A stretch of 64,000 bases of DNA. Source: Geosiphon pyriformis uo1 (taxonomy: Eukaryota; Fungi; Glomeromycota). Positions 62,810-64,000 of the stretch are shown here, in pieces; the first letter of the stretch is position 1; every line of letters starts with the position of its first letter. Made by a program: the position numbers and the translations under genes. Where the stretch lies: assembly GCA_016748015.1 (NCBI GenBank), contig JAAOMT010000703.1, forward strand, positions 62,001-126,000, given 5' to 3'. The notes below the pieces were generated by a model. The model did no database searches. It was given only the letters and a program-made list of their open reading frames with translations, and was not told the DNA's origin.

Positions 62810-64000
62810 ACACATAACAAACCAAAAAATTGTTCATAATAATGGCCGTTTTAGCACCAAAAAAACTTTTTTTCAAACCAAATATGAATATCTGCATTTT
62901 TTCAAATTTATTAATAATCCATAATTTGATATTAGACCTTAATTTTGTTTTTGTAATAAAAGAAACTATATTAACCAAATTTATATGCCAATAAACAACA
63001 TCTTCTTATTTTGCAAGAACATTGATACCTTGAACATTATACATGGCAAATTTCCAAACCAGATTAGTTATTAAGAAGAAAGATAATACTAGAGAATTTG
63101 AGTTCATACACAATAAATCCAACTTTACCAAAATCAAGTTTACAAAAGTGTTAAAAACCACCAGTTTTGATTCTAGACTACCAACTTTGACAGTAAAAAT
63201 CTTTGAACTACTTAAACCTAAATTCACAATCTTATTCTTTATAGCTAAAGCCAAAAAAAAAGGAAATGATTATTAGTTATTTAAAATTATATTCAAATCT
63301 GATGGCAATAATTTTAAAACAGAAACAACTGAAAACACAACACAAAAGAAAGATACTAGAAGCACCAGCACCATATTATTTAGTTTATGCACAATATTTG
63401 ATATCTGATTGGCCAAGAGCTCTAAGGAATACTTTAAAGAAATAAGATAACTAACAATAGATAAATTATCTTGAACAATTAACAAATTTTTCTTGACATG
63501 TAGAATACCAAAAAAGTAAAAACCAGAGCCAAAACCAGACTACAAATTATTATCAGAAAAAATAGTAAGCATGACCATCTAAGTCCAAGATTTGCCACCA
63601 AATAAAACTGAACAAGCAATCAGTACTTGTTTTTTCTTATATATATTGGTTAGACAAGTCTAATCTTGAAAAATCACTATTTGTTTACTACAAGCACCAA
63701 AATTTTTACCCATTAAATACACACCAGAAGCATAACCAAATTGTTTGTATTGTGTACAACAAGCCAAAAAAAGACCAACCCAATATAAATTTACATCTTT
63801 AAAAATCAGAACAGAACTAATAACAGCCAACTTGAATGTTTTATCAAAAAAACAAATTATCACACACCTATTATGTGTATATAAACTCGGATTATGGCCA
63901 ATAAAGCAAGTTTTCTCACCATAAGATTCCAACAAATTAGAAAAATTGTGAGTAGTTATTCCAACAGGCAAAGTATATAACAAAGCCTGATGTTAATCTT
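62810..64000 (-). mobile_element. LINE copy G, 5' portion (ORF1 C-terminal half and endonuclease start), continues beyond the window
   Basis: LLYTLPVGITTHN, KVGSLESKL, LVWKFAMYNVQGINV, ITKTKL. Removing the Gypsy and one ACAC restores the frame NNFLVCYV-SKVKE. Confidence 0.9.

Overview
Eukaryotic, very AT-rich, almost entirely transposon-derived DNA. The element families resemble those I recall from Glomeromycotina, especially Geosiphon pyriformis; this is recognition, not a database result. There is one intact host gene: a 4-exon, 347-aa polytopic membrane protein (40716-42011, +) in a small CpG-retaining island. The rest is a nested graveyard with three components. (i) Eight copies of an APE-RT-RNaseH-CCHC LINE family; two are full length with TSDs (980-7791 -, 24098-30873 +) and one is decayed almost to pure A/T. 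(ii) A complete 10.2-kb Ty3/Gypsy element (52604-62809, -) with a 4-bp TSD, PBS and PPT, inserted in a LINE. It carries a dUTPase, an unknown Cys-rich domain and an extra 3' ORF. (iii) Several solo or partial LTRs and heavily eroded Gypsy remnants. All TE ORFs are pseudogenes killed almost only by G:C->A:T transitions with reading frames preserved, pointing to a repeat-directed (RIP-like or methylation-deamination) hypermutation process. The most novel-looking signal is a conserved ~112-nt four-way-junction RNA fold that starts at the ORF2 stop codon in seven LINE 3' ends. Boundaries marked approximate were judged by eye.
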